DNA of 64,000 bases from Trypanosoma brucei (taxonomy: Eukaryota). Made by a program: the position numbers and the translations under genes. The DNA is taken from contig CH464491.1 in assembly GCA_000002445.1 (NCBI GenBank), positions 1,088,001 through 1,152,000 of the forward strand, read 5' to 3'. Shown one piece after another: positions 40,199-50,944 of this stretch; the first letter of the stretch is position 1, and every line of letters starts with the position of its first letter. Below the pieces are notes generated by a model that saw only the letters and a program-made list of their open reading frames with translations, did no database searches and was not told where the DNA came from.

Positions 40199-42253
40199 AT
40201 GGGTGAATATCCAGACAACGCCACTGACACGTTATCCAGGGCGGAGCGCCTTGTGTCCAACATCAACGCCAAATTTGCCGCATTTCTACAGCAGTTGAAA
40301 CCAAACGAGCATCGCATCAATGGATATGGGGAGACGCTTGTAGATGGACGCACATCGGCATCTGGGTTTGTGAGAAATACCGAAATCATTGAATTGTACG
40401 GTCGAGAAGAAAGTACAAGTTCCACTCTCTTTGAAGATGCGTCCAACCCACATTATGTGCATCGCCGGAAGCGCTCATCCTCACTCTATTCGACATGTGG
40501 TCGAAGCAACCAAAGTGCCGAGCGGAATTTGTTTTTTGCTGCCAACGACTTGTGTATGTTTCTCAACGGTGGTGTGGACTACCGCAGTATTTGTTTGAAG
40601 TACCAGGAAACACTGGAGGTATTACTCGGCCTTATTCGCGATGACATTGGCATGCTGCACTCAGTTAGTATCTTCACCCCTGATATGGTATCGGATGCGG
40701 TGAAAACGCTTCGGAACCTCTACACGGAGGCAAAAATACTGCTTGAGCAACACGGTCTTGTCTCGGGTGCGCACTCACCGGAGAGACGTGCAAGTACTTC
40801 ACCTGGACGCTCACCCGACCACACGGCTACTCAAGTTGATCGCATCGGTTCCCAAGTTATGGGACAGAACAATAATGGTTTAGATAGTGGAAACGGTAGT
40901 GCACAGTCACGCAGCGGTGCTGAGGCACATGCTCACGCAATGTATGCGAATGGCGGCGGACACTCACCTCGGCCGGCTGCGCTTGTCGAGGGAATACTGA
41001 GTACGAGTAGCAACAAGCACCGTATTCCTTCCAGGCATACAGACACGGAGAGGTATTCCCCGTTGCATTTTTGCAGTAGCAAGTTGAAACCACAAACCAC
41101 AAAAGTGACACCTACTGAGGGTCCCGCGGCTCCCGATGAGGTGGACATAACCCAAGGTATTCATGGCTCCTCCACAAAAGAGCCTAAGATTTCAAATGAG
41201 GAGGCGTTTGGTCCCCATCCCAGGGAATGTAGGAATAACGCCCGTCGACTTGCGGTCCAGGAAGTGTATGAAAAAATTTTCCATAATGACGGCACTGATA
41301 TGCTTCGCGATGTAATGTGCCTCATAGCGGAGAAGGAGTACGGATTTACTGCTCCCGAGTTGAAGAAGTACGATGTTTGCTCCCAACTTGCAAGTCGCTT
41401 GCTCCACTGCTACGCAACCGCATCACAGCAACGCGACCAGGTACCAAATTCAGTTACAAGTGGCCCTACACTGCCTTTTGATTACATAGAGAATTGTTTC
41501 CACTGTAACGTTGAACCGAACGATCAAGTCTTAAACACGCTGAGTTGCATCGCAGTGGGGAAGCGAACCTTAAAGATCGTGCTGGCCAACATGCACATAA
41601 CCGACGATGATTTGCGACCCCTCGTGCCATTGCTATCGAAATTTGACCAAATGATCACCCTCGACATCAGTAATAACAGATTCGGTGACAATGGCGCACA
41701 GCTTCTTTGCAAATCGATGTTGGCCCACCCAGCGCTGAAGGAGCTCAATATTAGTGGAAATTTTGTAACAGATGCCAGTGCTGATGCACTTCTGCAGCTT
41801 GCGGCGTCAGCAACGCAATTGATGGTGGTGAGGAAGCAAGGCACCAATCTCAGTCCTGGTGTTTGTGAGGAACTCGAGAGGGCGCTCAGACGAGGACAAG
41901 GCTGTAGAAGCGCTCAGCGGTCCCTAGGAAGCGCATCGCACGTTTCCAGGCGCGCCCAATCCGAAGCAGATGCGTACAACTCTCCTTCTGCATTTTCTGG
42001 TGTTAGATCAACAAACCCACCTCCCGTTGTAGCTCTCAACAGTGTGGGTTATAAGTGGCAGCGACCCGCTGTTACGAGTAACTCAAATAGCCCCACGCCA
42101 ATTTCCCTAAGTCCTTCCCCTCTCAACTACGTTTTGCATGAGTGGGATAGGTTGGGTGCATGCATGGGTTCGTTGGATACAAACTGCGCACGGACACAAC
42201 AGGGTGTGCGACTGCCTTGTATCATAGCGAAGGGGAAAAAAGAGGGAATGTAA
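40199..42253 (+). CDS. Leucine-rich repeat protein (ribonuclease-inhibitor-type LRRs)
   Basis: The track start at 40157 is GTG, and the ATG is at 40199, just downstream of polyY plus AG at 40141-40181. RNI-like repeats are present: LDISNNRFGDNGAQLLCKSMLAHPALKELNISGNFVTDASADALLQLAA. Confidence 0.65.
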   Translation: MGEYPDNATDTLSRAERLVSNINAKFAAFLQQLKPNEHRINGYGETLVDGRTSASGFVRNTEIIELYGREESTSSTLFEDASNPHYVHRRKRSSSLYSTCGRSNQSAERNLFFAANDLCMFLNGGVDYRSICLKYQETLEVLLGLIRDDIGMLHSVSIFTPDMVSDAVKTLRNLYTEAKILLEQHGLVSGAHSPERRASTSPGRSPDHTATQVDRIGSQVMGQNNNGLDSGNGSAQSRSGAEAHAHAMYANGGGHSPRPAALVEGILSTSSNKHRIPSRHTDTERYSPLHFCSSKLKPQTTKVTPTEGPAAPDEVDITQGIHGSSTKEPKISNEEAFGPHPRECRNNARRLAVQEVYEKIFHNDGTDMLRDVMCLIAEKEYGFTAPELKKYDVCSQLASRLLHCYATASQQRDQVPNSVTSGPTLPFDYIENCFHCNVEPNDQVLNTLSCIAVGKRTLKIVLANMHITDDDLRPLVPLLSKFDQMITLDISNNRFGDNGAQLLCKSMLAHPALKELNISGNFVTDASADALLQLAASATQLMVVRKQGTNLSPGVCEELERALRRGQGCRSAQRSLGSASHVSRRAQSEADAYNSPSAFSGVRSTNPPPVVALNSVGYKWQRPAVTSNSNSPTPISLSPSPLNYVLHEWDRLGACMGSLDTNCARTQQGVRLPCIIAKGKKEGM

Positions 42254-42314
42254 ATGTGTATAAAGATTTTGCTGAACCCCGTGGGTTCGTGCAACCGGGG
42301 GAAGTATATGTGCA

Positions 42315-42350
42315 TGTGTGTGTGTGTGTGTGTGTGTCGGGGGGGGGGGG
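42315..42350. repeat. (TG)n microsatellite abutting a G12 homopolymer
   Basis: The sequence reads tgtgtgtgtgtgtgtgtgtgtgtcgggggggggggg. Confidence 0.9.
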
Positions 42351-44273
42351 CGTAGTCATATATTTTCTTCTTTCACTGTATTCTTCTGTTTTTTTTTCTT
42401 CCCTTGTTGATTCTAAGTAGTACCACTTGGTATTTGCTCCCCCTTACAATCGACATTCCCCTTTGTCGTTCGTTCCGTCCAACTGTCCCTCGGTGTTACC
42501 TTCGCTATTAGTTCCTTACTTTTCCCGCCTCCTTTAATATGAGTTGGCGCACTTTCAATTAACTGCACATTTGAAACCCATGCATTTGGAGCTGGTGAGT
42601 TGTGGGTGAGTTTGTGAAGAAGAAAGTGAGAGGGAAAGAGTGGTGTGGCGAGGCCTCATTTTTATACTAACTCATTTTTCTTGTCTTTCTCTTACCTTTA
42701 TTTCAGTTTTTAGCGATTGCTTCCAAGCACATATATATAATTATTTGTTTATTTATAATTGTGTGTGTGTGTGCTCCCGCATCTCTCTACTGAGGCGTAA
42801 AGCCATGGAGAAGTTGGGAAGGAAAAATATATTTGATTGTGTGTATGTGCGTGGGTCCGGTAAGTGAAATAAATGGATGGAAGCGGCATATCATCTGTCG
42901 ACATGTCAGTATCAAAAAAAAAAAGAGAGAGAGGAAAGCAACGGCAACCGACAGATAACGGTGAAAGTAACGAAAATATGTTTCGGGAGGAGGTAAAATA
43001 AGAAGATATAAAGATACAGATGATTAGATTAGTTAGGTAAAGGTTGAACAAAAAGAGAAAACTACGGCAATAAAAAACAAATGAGAATGAGGAGAAAGTC
43101 GGTAGTCCGTGAGTGTGTTTTGAATTCCATAGTAAGAAAGGAGGGAGAGCGGCAATCACAATCACTGTTTCCAAATAGTTTTTTTGTTGCGTTGTTGCTT
43201 TTTGTTTTTTTAAAAAAGAGAAAGCCGGTAGTTGTAATAAACAGAAAAAGAGTATGTGTTTGTAGTCTTGTTTTTTTTTGCTTTTTTACTTGCCTGTCCG
43301 CGGTGGAAAAATGGAAATGGGGCTACTTTTTTTTGTGTTTTTTTCTCTTGCCCATATCTCTGAAGTCCAGCGGGTTTGTGTTTGGTTCCGTTGAGGCTTG
43401 TAGTTTTCTTTGTTTTTTTTTTGTAATGGCTTTCTAATATATAAATATAAAAATATATATAGATAATTTTTTGTTTCTTGTTATTTCTTATTTGTGACGG
43501 TACTTTACTCTGTCATGCACCGCAGAGGAATGTTCTTTAGCCATGAGTTTTTTTCTTGTTTATTTGCGGTCATGCGACAGGAAGAACGAGAAGTTGAGGC
43601 TCGAAGAAAAGCTGATGAAAAAGCATGTGAGAAGTTTGCGCGTGCTCTTTTTGTGTGCATTTTTGCTTCCACCTCGGTTGCCGAAATAAGTGAGGGGCCG
43701 AAACTTCTTTTTTTTTTTTTGTCGCATGTACATGCGGAGAAAAGTTCAATGTAGATGAAATACATGGTGGCGCGCGTTCCCTTTTCTCTTTCGTTTTTGT
43801 TTAAATTTGTTCACCTTTTCCTTTTTTTTCCCCCTTCTCTATGCTGCGTTTCCCAAAGTTGTATGACAAGGGAATTCTCTCCCTTGCTCGAACCCGTATT
43901 CATCTTTCAATTCCTTTCCGACAACGCAGCCGTTGCGCGAAGTTCGGTTACCACGCGAATAAGCTGTAACAAGTAGGAAAGAGGGGGGAAACCTTTCACT
44001 TTATATTTTTGGAGTCGAGAAAAGTATAAAGTGAGACACAGAGTGCTACTTGTATTGGCACTGCGCCAAATCCGTTGGATTCTTACTTTTCTGCTTCACA
44101 GCTTACTAGCATGTTAGTTAGTTTGTTTTTTTTTTTTGCGTTTCGCTTCACATTTCTTTGAAAAGAAGCAAGAGAGGAAAGGGCCAACCAGCACCAGTCT
44201 TTGTACGCTTACGGTAGCGGAGAAAAGAACAAAGCTTGTTGTGTGTGGTGTGTGGTGTGTGGTTAGTTTCCTC

Positions 44274-45461
44274 ATGGCGGGAACTTCTTTACCGTCGGCA
44301 ACTACCAGCCGTCGTTATGCCGCAAAAGTGGAGAAAGGTGAAAATGCTTGGCGTCGTGAGTGGTCCGGATTTATGTCAGGTGTGAGTCTGAAGGACCTGC
44401 GGAAGGGAGGTGGCGTTTCACTTCCCAAATCAGGTGACTTGGGAGCCATGGCCTCTGCTGGGAGTGGTGAAGGCTGCACATATTCGTACCTCTTTTCCTC
44501 AGCGGCAGATAAGAAAGCAGAGCGATTGGCTAAAAAGCAGGAGGAGGCGGAAAAGCGTAAGATGCGTGCGCAGCAGAGCCAGTGTGCGAATGACCCACTC
44601 GCCCATTTGAGCAAACACGAACGCACCTTGGAAGAGGCTAAACAGCGTGGTCTGAAGGTAGATGGCATGACACGAAAGGAGATTCGACAGTTTCTGAATT
44701 TAACCATATCGAAAGAGCAACAGGAAGCCGAAAAGAGGTTACAGGAAGAGGAGTTCAAACCTCACAAGTTGATGGATGAGAAACTGCAGTGGTATCAGCA
44801 GGGACCACACCCCATTGATATCATTGCAGAAAAGTTAGTTATGCGGAAGGCCATAAAAAAAGGTAAACAACTCGGGTTACGGTACAACTACTTGCTGCCT
44901 CACCCGTCCTGGGTAGCGCGGCGGGAGCGGCGGCGGCGGGAAACACCGTTGATTGGTTTAGGAAAGCGGTTCATATTTGACGATGAGGGAAACATGCTGG
45001 ACAATTTCGGCACATGCCACGAGGCACCAGAGGCGTTCCCGCAAACTGGAGAAGAGAATGAAACCACTCAGCATGGGGAAAGCGGTTCCCACGACCAAAA
45101 GAGTTTGTTAGCCTCCACCCAACAGAGGCAACGAGCTTCTGAACCTACCACGTTGTGTACGTCTACATTGGACGCGGTGGCAGTTCTTGTGGATCCACGG
45201 GAAGTTAGCCGTTCGTTTGTGAGGGCCGTGGTGCGGAATCGCGATGCGGCTATTGCGATTAAAAACGCAAATTTAACAACATCTTACATCAATAGCTCGC
45301 TCATAAAGGGCCCAAGCATTGGTGTAGAGGATGCCGAGAAGGAAGAAGGAGAGAAAAGGGGAGCAGCAAATAGTTTACTGAAGCGTCCAAGACTCAACTC
45401 GACGGATGGGCGTAAGGTTGTTCCTCACAAACGATCGAAGGCAGCATCGTTTGAGCCGTAA
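44274..45461 (+). CDS. Hypothetical charged protein
   Basis: The track start at 44136 is TTG, and the first in-frame ATG is at 44274 (MAGTSLPSATTSRRY...). A K/E-rich predicted helical region is present (KKAERLAKKQEEAEKRKMRAQQ). No recognisable domain. Confidence 0.45.
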   Translation: MAGTSLPSATTSRRYAAKVEKGENAWRREWSGFMSGVSLKDLRKGGGVSLPKSGDLGAMASAGSGEGCTYSYLFSSAADKKAERLAKKQEEAEKRKMRAQQSQCANDPLAHLSKHERTLEEAKQRGLKVDGMTRKEIRQFLNLTISKEQQEAEKRLQEEEFKPHKLMDEKLQWYQQGPHPIDIIAEKLVMRKAIKKGKQLGLRYNYLLPHPSWVARRERRRRETPLIGLGKRFIFDDEGNMLDNFGTCHEAPEAFPQTGEENETTQHGESGSHDQKSLLASTQQRQRASEPTTLCTSTLDAVAVLVDPREVSRSFVRAVVRNRDAAIAIKNANLTTSYINSSLIKGPSIGVEDAEKEEGEKRGAANSLLKRPRLNSTDGRKVVPHKRSKAASFEP

Positions 45462-45956
45462 GTGAAGGGGGTTGTGGGGATTGTAAGGGCGAAGAACACT
45501 GCTTGACAACAGAAATGAGCGGGCGGTTATAGGAACTCCGTGAAGCACTCTGCTGACGATTTTATCTGTACGGTGTACCTATACGACCAATGCTATCGAG
45601 CAGAGTAATGGTGGTATTAACGGTTTTCGTCAGTGACACACGCTCCAGTGTGTGCGAAAGCTTGTCACTTTCTTTCTGCACATGCTGTGCAGGCTTTGCC
45701 TTTTTGAAGCTTAATTTGTGTATGTTCAGCTGATCTTCGCTACTTTTTTTAACCTTACACTCCTTTCGTTTCCTTCCTCCGACGCAATGGCGGAACGTAC
45801 ACGCATGCATTGTAATGAGTACCGGAAAAACTCAAAGGCGCTTGCTATTGGAAACAAGGTCGAAGAAGAGGACAGGTGCCACCCCAGTGACGCGCGTCAG
45901 TTTATTGAGTTTATCAAAGGAAGGAGGAATTTTTAAAAAAAAAAAGAAGGGAAGAG

Positions 45957-46922
45957 ATGCCGCTCCCCACTGACCCGCGGGAGTGGGTGAAGAAAGTTAG
46001 GGCCAAAACACCGGTTCTGTTGGAAGTGGGGAAACCGGCCCCCAAGGCAGTATTAAGTTTTGGTGGTTGCGGTTTCCTTGTGACGTACTCGTTAGGAGTG
46101 GCCTTGTACCTCCAGCAGGAGAAGGCGGACTTATTAGCGCAGTCGTTTTTGCTAGGGGCGGGGGCGGGCGTCATTCCGGCTGTGGCGCTTGCTTGCGGTG
46201 CACGCGCCGTAAACATTGAGAAGGTGCGCGACGCCATCTTAGACAACCGCTTTATGGTAACAGATGAAGAAAGGCGGATTGAGGTACTGACCAAGTTCAT
46301 CAACCTGCTCCTTCCTCGCAATGCGGTGGAACTTGTTAGCGGGCGTCTAGCTCTTACCATTGGCTTTTCTAATCGTGACCCTGGTTACATGAAGCAGACG
46401 AAGGAGCAGATACACTTTGGGCATCATGTTGCCCAGTGGACAGATGTGAGTGACCTCGCGCAGTGTATTTTAGCCTCTATGGCGCCTAACACTGCTAAGC
46501 CTATGATATTTCGTGATGCGGATAATGTCATGCGAGGGACGATGATGTCCCTTAGCAGTGAACTCGACCAATACTGTAGACATATTTATATTCACGGATA
46601 CTGTGGTTACCCTTACAATAAACACCAAACGCGTCATAACATCTACTTTGGAAGACACGGCTTTCTCGCAAACACGTACTTTCCCTTTTGGAAGCAGGCG
46701 TTGCTGGCGTTCGCGCCGACTTTTGGTGGAGCAGCACGTCGTGAGGAACTGCTGGAGGCATACGACGCGGGATATAACGACGCAAGGCGCTATGAGCGTT
46801 GGGAGGAGGATCCTTACCATTTTTCGAAGGCAGATCGTTCACCAAGCGATGACTTTAGCTTCCGGCAGCTGCGGGCCAACCTGTTTGGTGGGAAGAAGGC
46901 AGCGGAAAGATTTGAACTGTAG
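45957..46922 (+). CDS. Patatin-like phospholipase domain (PNPLA/ATGL-like) protein; nucleophile elbow reads GAGAG, probable pseudo-lipase
   Basis: ATG at 45957 verified. The N-terminus VLSFGGCGFLVTYSLGVALYL ... LLGAGAGVIPAVALACG parallels ATGL [20 protein letters not shown] ... IYGASAGALTATALVTG. The codons at 46156-46170 (ggg gcg ggg gcg ggc) encode G-A-G-A-G where G-x-S-x-G is expected. Confidence 0.6.
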   Translation: MPLPTDPREWVKKVRAKTPVLLEVGKPAPKAVLSFGGCGFLVTYSLGVALYLQQEKADLLAQSFLLGAGAGVIPAVALACGARAVNIEKVRDAILDNRFMVTDEERRIEVLTKFINLLLPRNAVELVSGRLALTIGFSNRDPGYMKQTKEQIHFGHHVAQWTDVSDLAQCILASMAPNTAKPMIFRDADNVMRGTMMSLSSELDQYCRHIYIHGYCGYPYNKHQTRHNIYFGRHGFLANTYFPFWKQALLAFAPTFGGAARREELLEAYDAGYNDARRYERWEEDPYHFSKADRSPSDDFSFRQLRANLFGGKKAAERFEL

Positions 46923-47470
46923 GGTTAATAATGCAGAAATAAGCAAATAAAATAAGCGAGCGGCGCGTTGATCGCCTCGAAAACTTGGCGGTGCACTTTA
47001 TTGCGATTTGGTGCGTTGGATTACTTAATTCCCTGGTGGGAGGAAAAGAGCTGTGGAGGTAAATGTCAATCCAGGTCCAAGGATGAGGTTTACTCTTCTA
47101 CTGGCGGTCCCGTGACCGCAATGGCGGGTAGTTACCGTTGCTGGTACTGATTCCGTTTTTAGCGCGAAATCTTAATCTGTGGTAGCACTGTGATATCAGC
47201 ACTTTCCCTTTACGCTCGTGTCTCGTCGATCTGGACATCATTTCTTCACAAATACTTTGTACAATTGAATTCTTTTCCCTTTTCTCTGTGGCGTCTCATT
47301 CCTTGTCCGGCCGTGGTGGGAGTATACCGGACACGGCATTGACGACACCTCCACGAATTGAGGGACAATTTAGACGGTGAAAGCGGCGGAACTGTGAGAG
47401 GAGAAAATCATCTATCAACTACGAAACACAATCGTGGGTGAGACGCGAGGAACACAAGGAGCGGGTGGGG

Positions 47471-48388
47471 ATGTTAAAGCATCGAGACAACATATCTTAT
47501 CCACCCTTCACTTTGGATCCAAATGGTGTTGGCGTGACAACATTGGGCCCAGGCGGGGCTGGGAAGGGAGGTCAACAGATCCAATCATTCGATGATGTTG
47601 CCCCCGATGGAGCGCCGGTGGCTGCGAAAAGGAAAAGAAACCGTGATATTCGTGGTATTGAACGGTTTAAACAAGTTGTGTACAGCGAGAAGGGTCTGTC
47701 ACGCTTCCACGCGATGATTTTACGTAACCCCATACTCATGTATCCACCGGAAGGAATAGACGACGCCAGAAAAATCGTGTTGGCGGAGCGTAGAGGCAGA
47801 GGCAGCGAGAAGCAACGGGAGTCAGGGTCAGTACCTCGGAATGGTGATGACGATGTGCTTGCCGCACTTGGCGAGATCACCCCATCAGGAGATGCACTGG
47901 CAGGCTCTACAATTCATCTGGAGGATGGGCTTCCACTGAGCACTGAAGGGCATAGAGAGGGCAATGGGACTAACACAGCAGAGCGTTGTCCCACCCTCAC
48001 CAATGGCATAGACGTTCAAAGCACAGAAGAAATTCAAAGATCAAATAATGAAGCACTGGCGAATTACCACCACCAACAACTAGATACGCTCGTCGGCCTC
48101 TACTATGAGTTCAATCACTTAACATTTTCGAAGCTGCCTATGAAAGACACACTTCAGATGCTGCGGCGCTGTGGACGCAGCTGCATGCCGCATGTTATGG
48201 AATTTGAGGAGAAGCAGCGTGCTTATAGGAGCTCCAAATTGGAGCAACTGCGAACTTTGGAAGCTGAGGAAAAGAGACTCAACCGTGTAACCCTAGAGTT
48301 GCAGGAGCAGAGGTTGCAGATGGAGTTACAAGAGGTTGAAGAGGAACAAACGATAATAAATGCGGTAGAGAGCAGTGATTCTTTTTAA
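47471..48388 (+). CDS. Hypothetical protein with C-terminal coiled coil
   Basis: The track start at 47438 is GTG, and the ATG is at 47471. A C-terminal coiled-coil segment is present: LEAEEKRLNRVTLELQEQRLQMELQEVEEEQ. No recognisable domain. Confidence 0.45.
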   Translation: MLKHRDNISYPPFTLDPNGVGVTTLGPGGAGKGGQQIQSFDDVAPDGAPVAAKRKRNRDIRGIERFKQVVYSEKGLSRFHAMILRNPILMYPPEGIDDARKIVLAERRGRGSEKQRESGSVPRNGDDDVLAALGEITPSGDALAGSTIHLEDGLPLSTEGHREGNGTNTAERCPTLTNGIDVQSTEEIQRSNNEALANYHHQQLDTLVGLYYEFNHLTFSKLPMKDTLQMLRRCGRSCMPHVMEFEEKQRAYRSSKLEQLRTLEAEEKRLNRVTLELQEQRLQMELQEVEEEQTIINAVESSDSF

Positions 48389-48443
48389 CCCCAGCTGTTC
48401 ATGTGCCGTGGTAGCCGTATCGTTTTTTTCCCCCGTTCTGCAA

Positions 48444-48463
48444 ATATATATATATATATATAT
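48444..48463. repeat. (TA)n microsatellite
   Basis: Perfect alternating ta run. Confidence 0.9.
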
Positions 48464-48754
48464 GCATCGCAGTTATGTTTGTGTATTGCTGCTCGGTCAC
48501 TATGACACCCTTAGATGGGTGGTAGAGATGTTTCCCATGGTGCCTCCTCATCTCCTTTAGGAGTCTTCATTGTTGAGTGGTTGAACACAACCTATTACTA
48601 ATGCTATCTGTTCTTGAGGATGAAAAACTGTGAAGGTGCCATTGCAGTACCTGAGAGGCCCTTAAATTCTTGTTGCCTTCAATGACATAGCGCACATCAC
48701 AAATTTTTCTTTTACTTGGAGAGGGGGCTCTGCCCTCGGAAGGGGAAAAAAGTT

Positions 48755-50944
48755 ATGAATGATCGGCCACATTTTTATGAAGCACCAGACTTGATGGACG
48801 AGCACGGTGCACCCATAGTGTTTGATGATGTATATTCCGATTTATTATCTGTCGCAGTTGAAGAGAGTGCCAACGACGGATCGCGGCCCGTCTGTGGGCT
48901 AGAAGCCGTGAGACCCGTTGACAATGAGATTCACTCAGTTGCTGACGAAGGAACCGAAAGTGAGGGGAGGCACGCTCTCGACGTATTACTTTATGAGTAC
49001 GAGCACATAAGGAATGCAATGAAACGTTGTGTTCGTGCGAGTCACGAGGTGCTTCGAAACTTACAGCAAAAGCGTCATCGCATCGAACAGCAGGAACGCA
49101 CCGTGCGGCGGCGCACAGAGCTCGCATCGTCGTCAACATCTTTCCCCATATTCAAACTTAACGTGGGTGGAATGCGATTTCATGTACAACGAGAAACGTT
49201 TCTTCAGTTTGACGTGACCCTCTTTCACGTGTTGTGTAATGAACAATTCGCTGTCCAGAAGGATGAATGTGGATATGTTTTCTTCGACCGTGACCCATGG
49301 TTATTCCGTGAACTACTGTTCCTTTTACGAGAGCGGAAGCAATGCTTAGTGGAAAACGAAGTAGCCTCCCCGCTGGTACCGCCACAAGATCAACAGGGAG
49401 ATATGCAACATCACCGGCATCAGCGGCGGCCACAAGAACTGTATTCGGTAGGACAACGTAGATTGGCTGAATTGCCCCCCATTGAGCGCCAACGGCTGTT
49501 GGAAGAAGCGCGTTACTATGGTTTAAACGAACTCGTTGCGGAGCTTCTCACCAGGCAGTACGAGTGGCGGCACTGCGTATTTGGTCCTTTACCTTCCTTA
49601 GATTTAGCGCATGGATGCGACCAAGTCCAACCTCCTCTGCTCGCCAGTCCCCGTGAGTTTGAGTCGCAGCGATTAGAAGAAGGCGGACACACTCCGTTGC
49701 CGCCGCCACGATGCTGCTTTGCCTCTTCTGTCTTCCTGAATGGGAGTATTTACTTGTTCGGTGGCTTTGGCTCCGAAGGGGAAGTTATTGGGACTCTTTA
49801 TCGGTTTCAGCTGAAGCCTGGTAGTATGTGCGAGGCTGGAGCGGAGATTGAAGGAAATGATAGTGGGAGCTGTAGGGAACCGCATGGTGCCAATTCGGAC
49901 GCGAAAGGAAGACATACAAGAGCCAATGCGTGTGTTCCTGGACGCCCATTCATGTGGTATGACCTGGTTGAGCCGCATAGGGAAGGGAGGCGAGGTGTTC
50001 CACCACCACGTACCGGTCACGCTGCTGCTTCGTGGGGTAACTGCTTTGTGCTGGTGTTTTACGGTAACAACCTTTACCACCACTTGCGGGATGTTTGGAT
50101 GTACCACACTATTCAAAATGCGTGGTATGAGGTGAAAGTATGTGGGGCGGATGTTCCAGCCCGATCTGGGCATACCGTAACGGTTATGCAGGGTCGTTTT
50201 TATCTCTTCGGGGGGAAGGACCTCTTCCAGCGGGATGCCAGGTGTTTTGCGGATGTATACGAAGGGTTGTTTGACGCCGAAGGGATGGAGCTGACATGGA
50301 GATTGGCCTCTTCTTCGGGGGAAGTGCAACAGGCGGATCGGCTGCGGCAACCACTCGCCGCTTGTGATGAGAACTGTGGAGAGCCGTGCGATGCTCCCTC
50401 TGCGGCGTACCATAGTGCGGTTGAGCACAAGGGACGCTACATTATCGTGTATGGCGGTTTGCGTGATTCAGAGGGTATAACCAATGGGGAAAACCCGGGC
50501 GGCCTTCGTGGAAATATGGGTGTAGGGACTGCACCCGCTGCATATGACACAAACCTACGCTTGTACGTCTTTGATACACTTGGAGGCACATGGCAGCGTG
50601 TGCAGACACGTTGTGCCGAATCTAAGGATCAAATGGGTTCAGATATTCCTCTCACTGGTCACGTTGCCGTGCTCTGTCATGATCATATGTACGTAATGGG
50701 GTCGTATGATTGCACGCACCACCAGCGTTTGGAAGTGTTTCGGCTTTCGCTGGTGACCCTCTTGTGGTGCCGAGTGCCAACAAGCGTGGCAGTAGGTCAC
50801 ATTCCTCCTTGTAGCCGTGCCCTGCCAAGCATTGTGCTACTTCCCCCGACTGTCGAGGCACCACGTTCAGTGATAATGGTCTTTGGAGGTTATAACACTA
50901 ACACCTGTCAATACCTCAATGACTCTTACCTTATCTCATTGTGA
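48755..50944 (+). CDS. BTB/POZ (T1/KCTD-type) plus Kelch-repeat protein
   Basis: The track start at 48716 is TTG, and the ATG is at 48755. The T1-type BTB segment is FKLNVGGMRFHVQRETFLQFDVTLFHVL...YVFFDRDPWLFRELLFLLRE. Five or six Kelch-like blades follow (IYLFGGFGSEG, CFVLVFYGNN, FYLFGGKD, YIIVYGGL, MYVMGSYD, VIMVFGGYN). Confidence 0.7.
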   Translation: MNDRPHFYEAPDLMDEHGAPIVFDDVYSDLLSVAVEESANDGSRPVCGLEAVRPVDNEIHSVADEGTESEGRHALDVLLYEYEHIRNAMKRCVRASHEVLRNLQQKRHRIEQQERTVRRRTELASSSTSFPIFKLNVGGMRFHVQRETFLQFDVTLFHVLCNEQFAVQKDECGYVFFDRDPWLFRELLFLLRERKQCLVENEVASPLVPPQDQQGDMQHHRHQRRPQELYSVGQRRLAELPPIERQRLLEEARYYGLNELVAELLTRQYEWRHCVFGPLPSLDLAHGCDQVQPPLLASPREFESQRLEEGGHTPLPPPRCCFASSVFLNGSIYLFGGFGSEGEVIGTLYRFQLKPGSMCEAGAEIEGNDSGSCREPHGANSDAKGRHTRANACVPGRPFMWYDLVEPHREGRRGVPPPRTGHAAASWGNCFVLVFYGNNLYHHLRDVWMYHTIQNAWYEVKVCGADVPARSGHTVTVMQGRFYLFGGKDLFQRDARCFADVYEGLFDAEGMELTWRLASSSGEVQQADRLRQPLAACDENCGEPCDAPSAAYHSAVEHKGRYIIVYGGLRDSEGITNGENPGGLRGNMGVGTAPAAYDTNLRLYVFDTLGGTWQRVQTRCAESKDQMGSDIPLTGHVAVLCHDHMYVMGSYDCTHHQRLEVFRLSLVTLLWCRVPTSVAVGHIPPCSRALPSIVLLPPTVEAPRSVIMVFGGYNTNTCQYLNDSYLISL

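Noticed and set aside
49673-50428. Minus-strand 251-aa ORF and other antisense ORFs inside the BTB-Kelch, AMPD, subtilisin and katanin genes
   Set aside because: These antisense ORFs overlap well-supported + strand genes. They arise from GC-moderate coding sequence, and I found no independent evidence for them.
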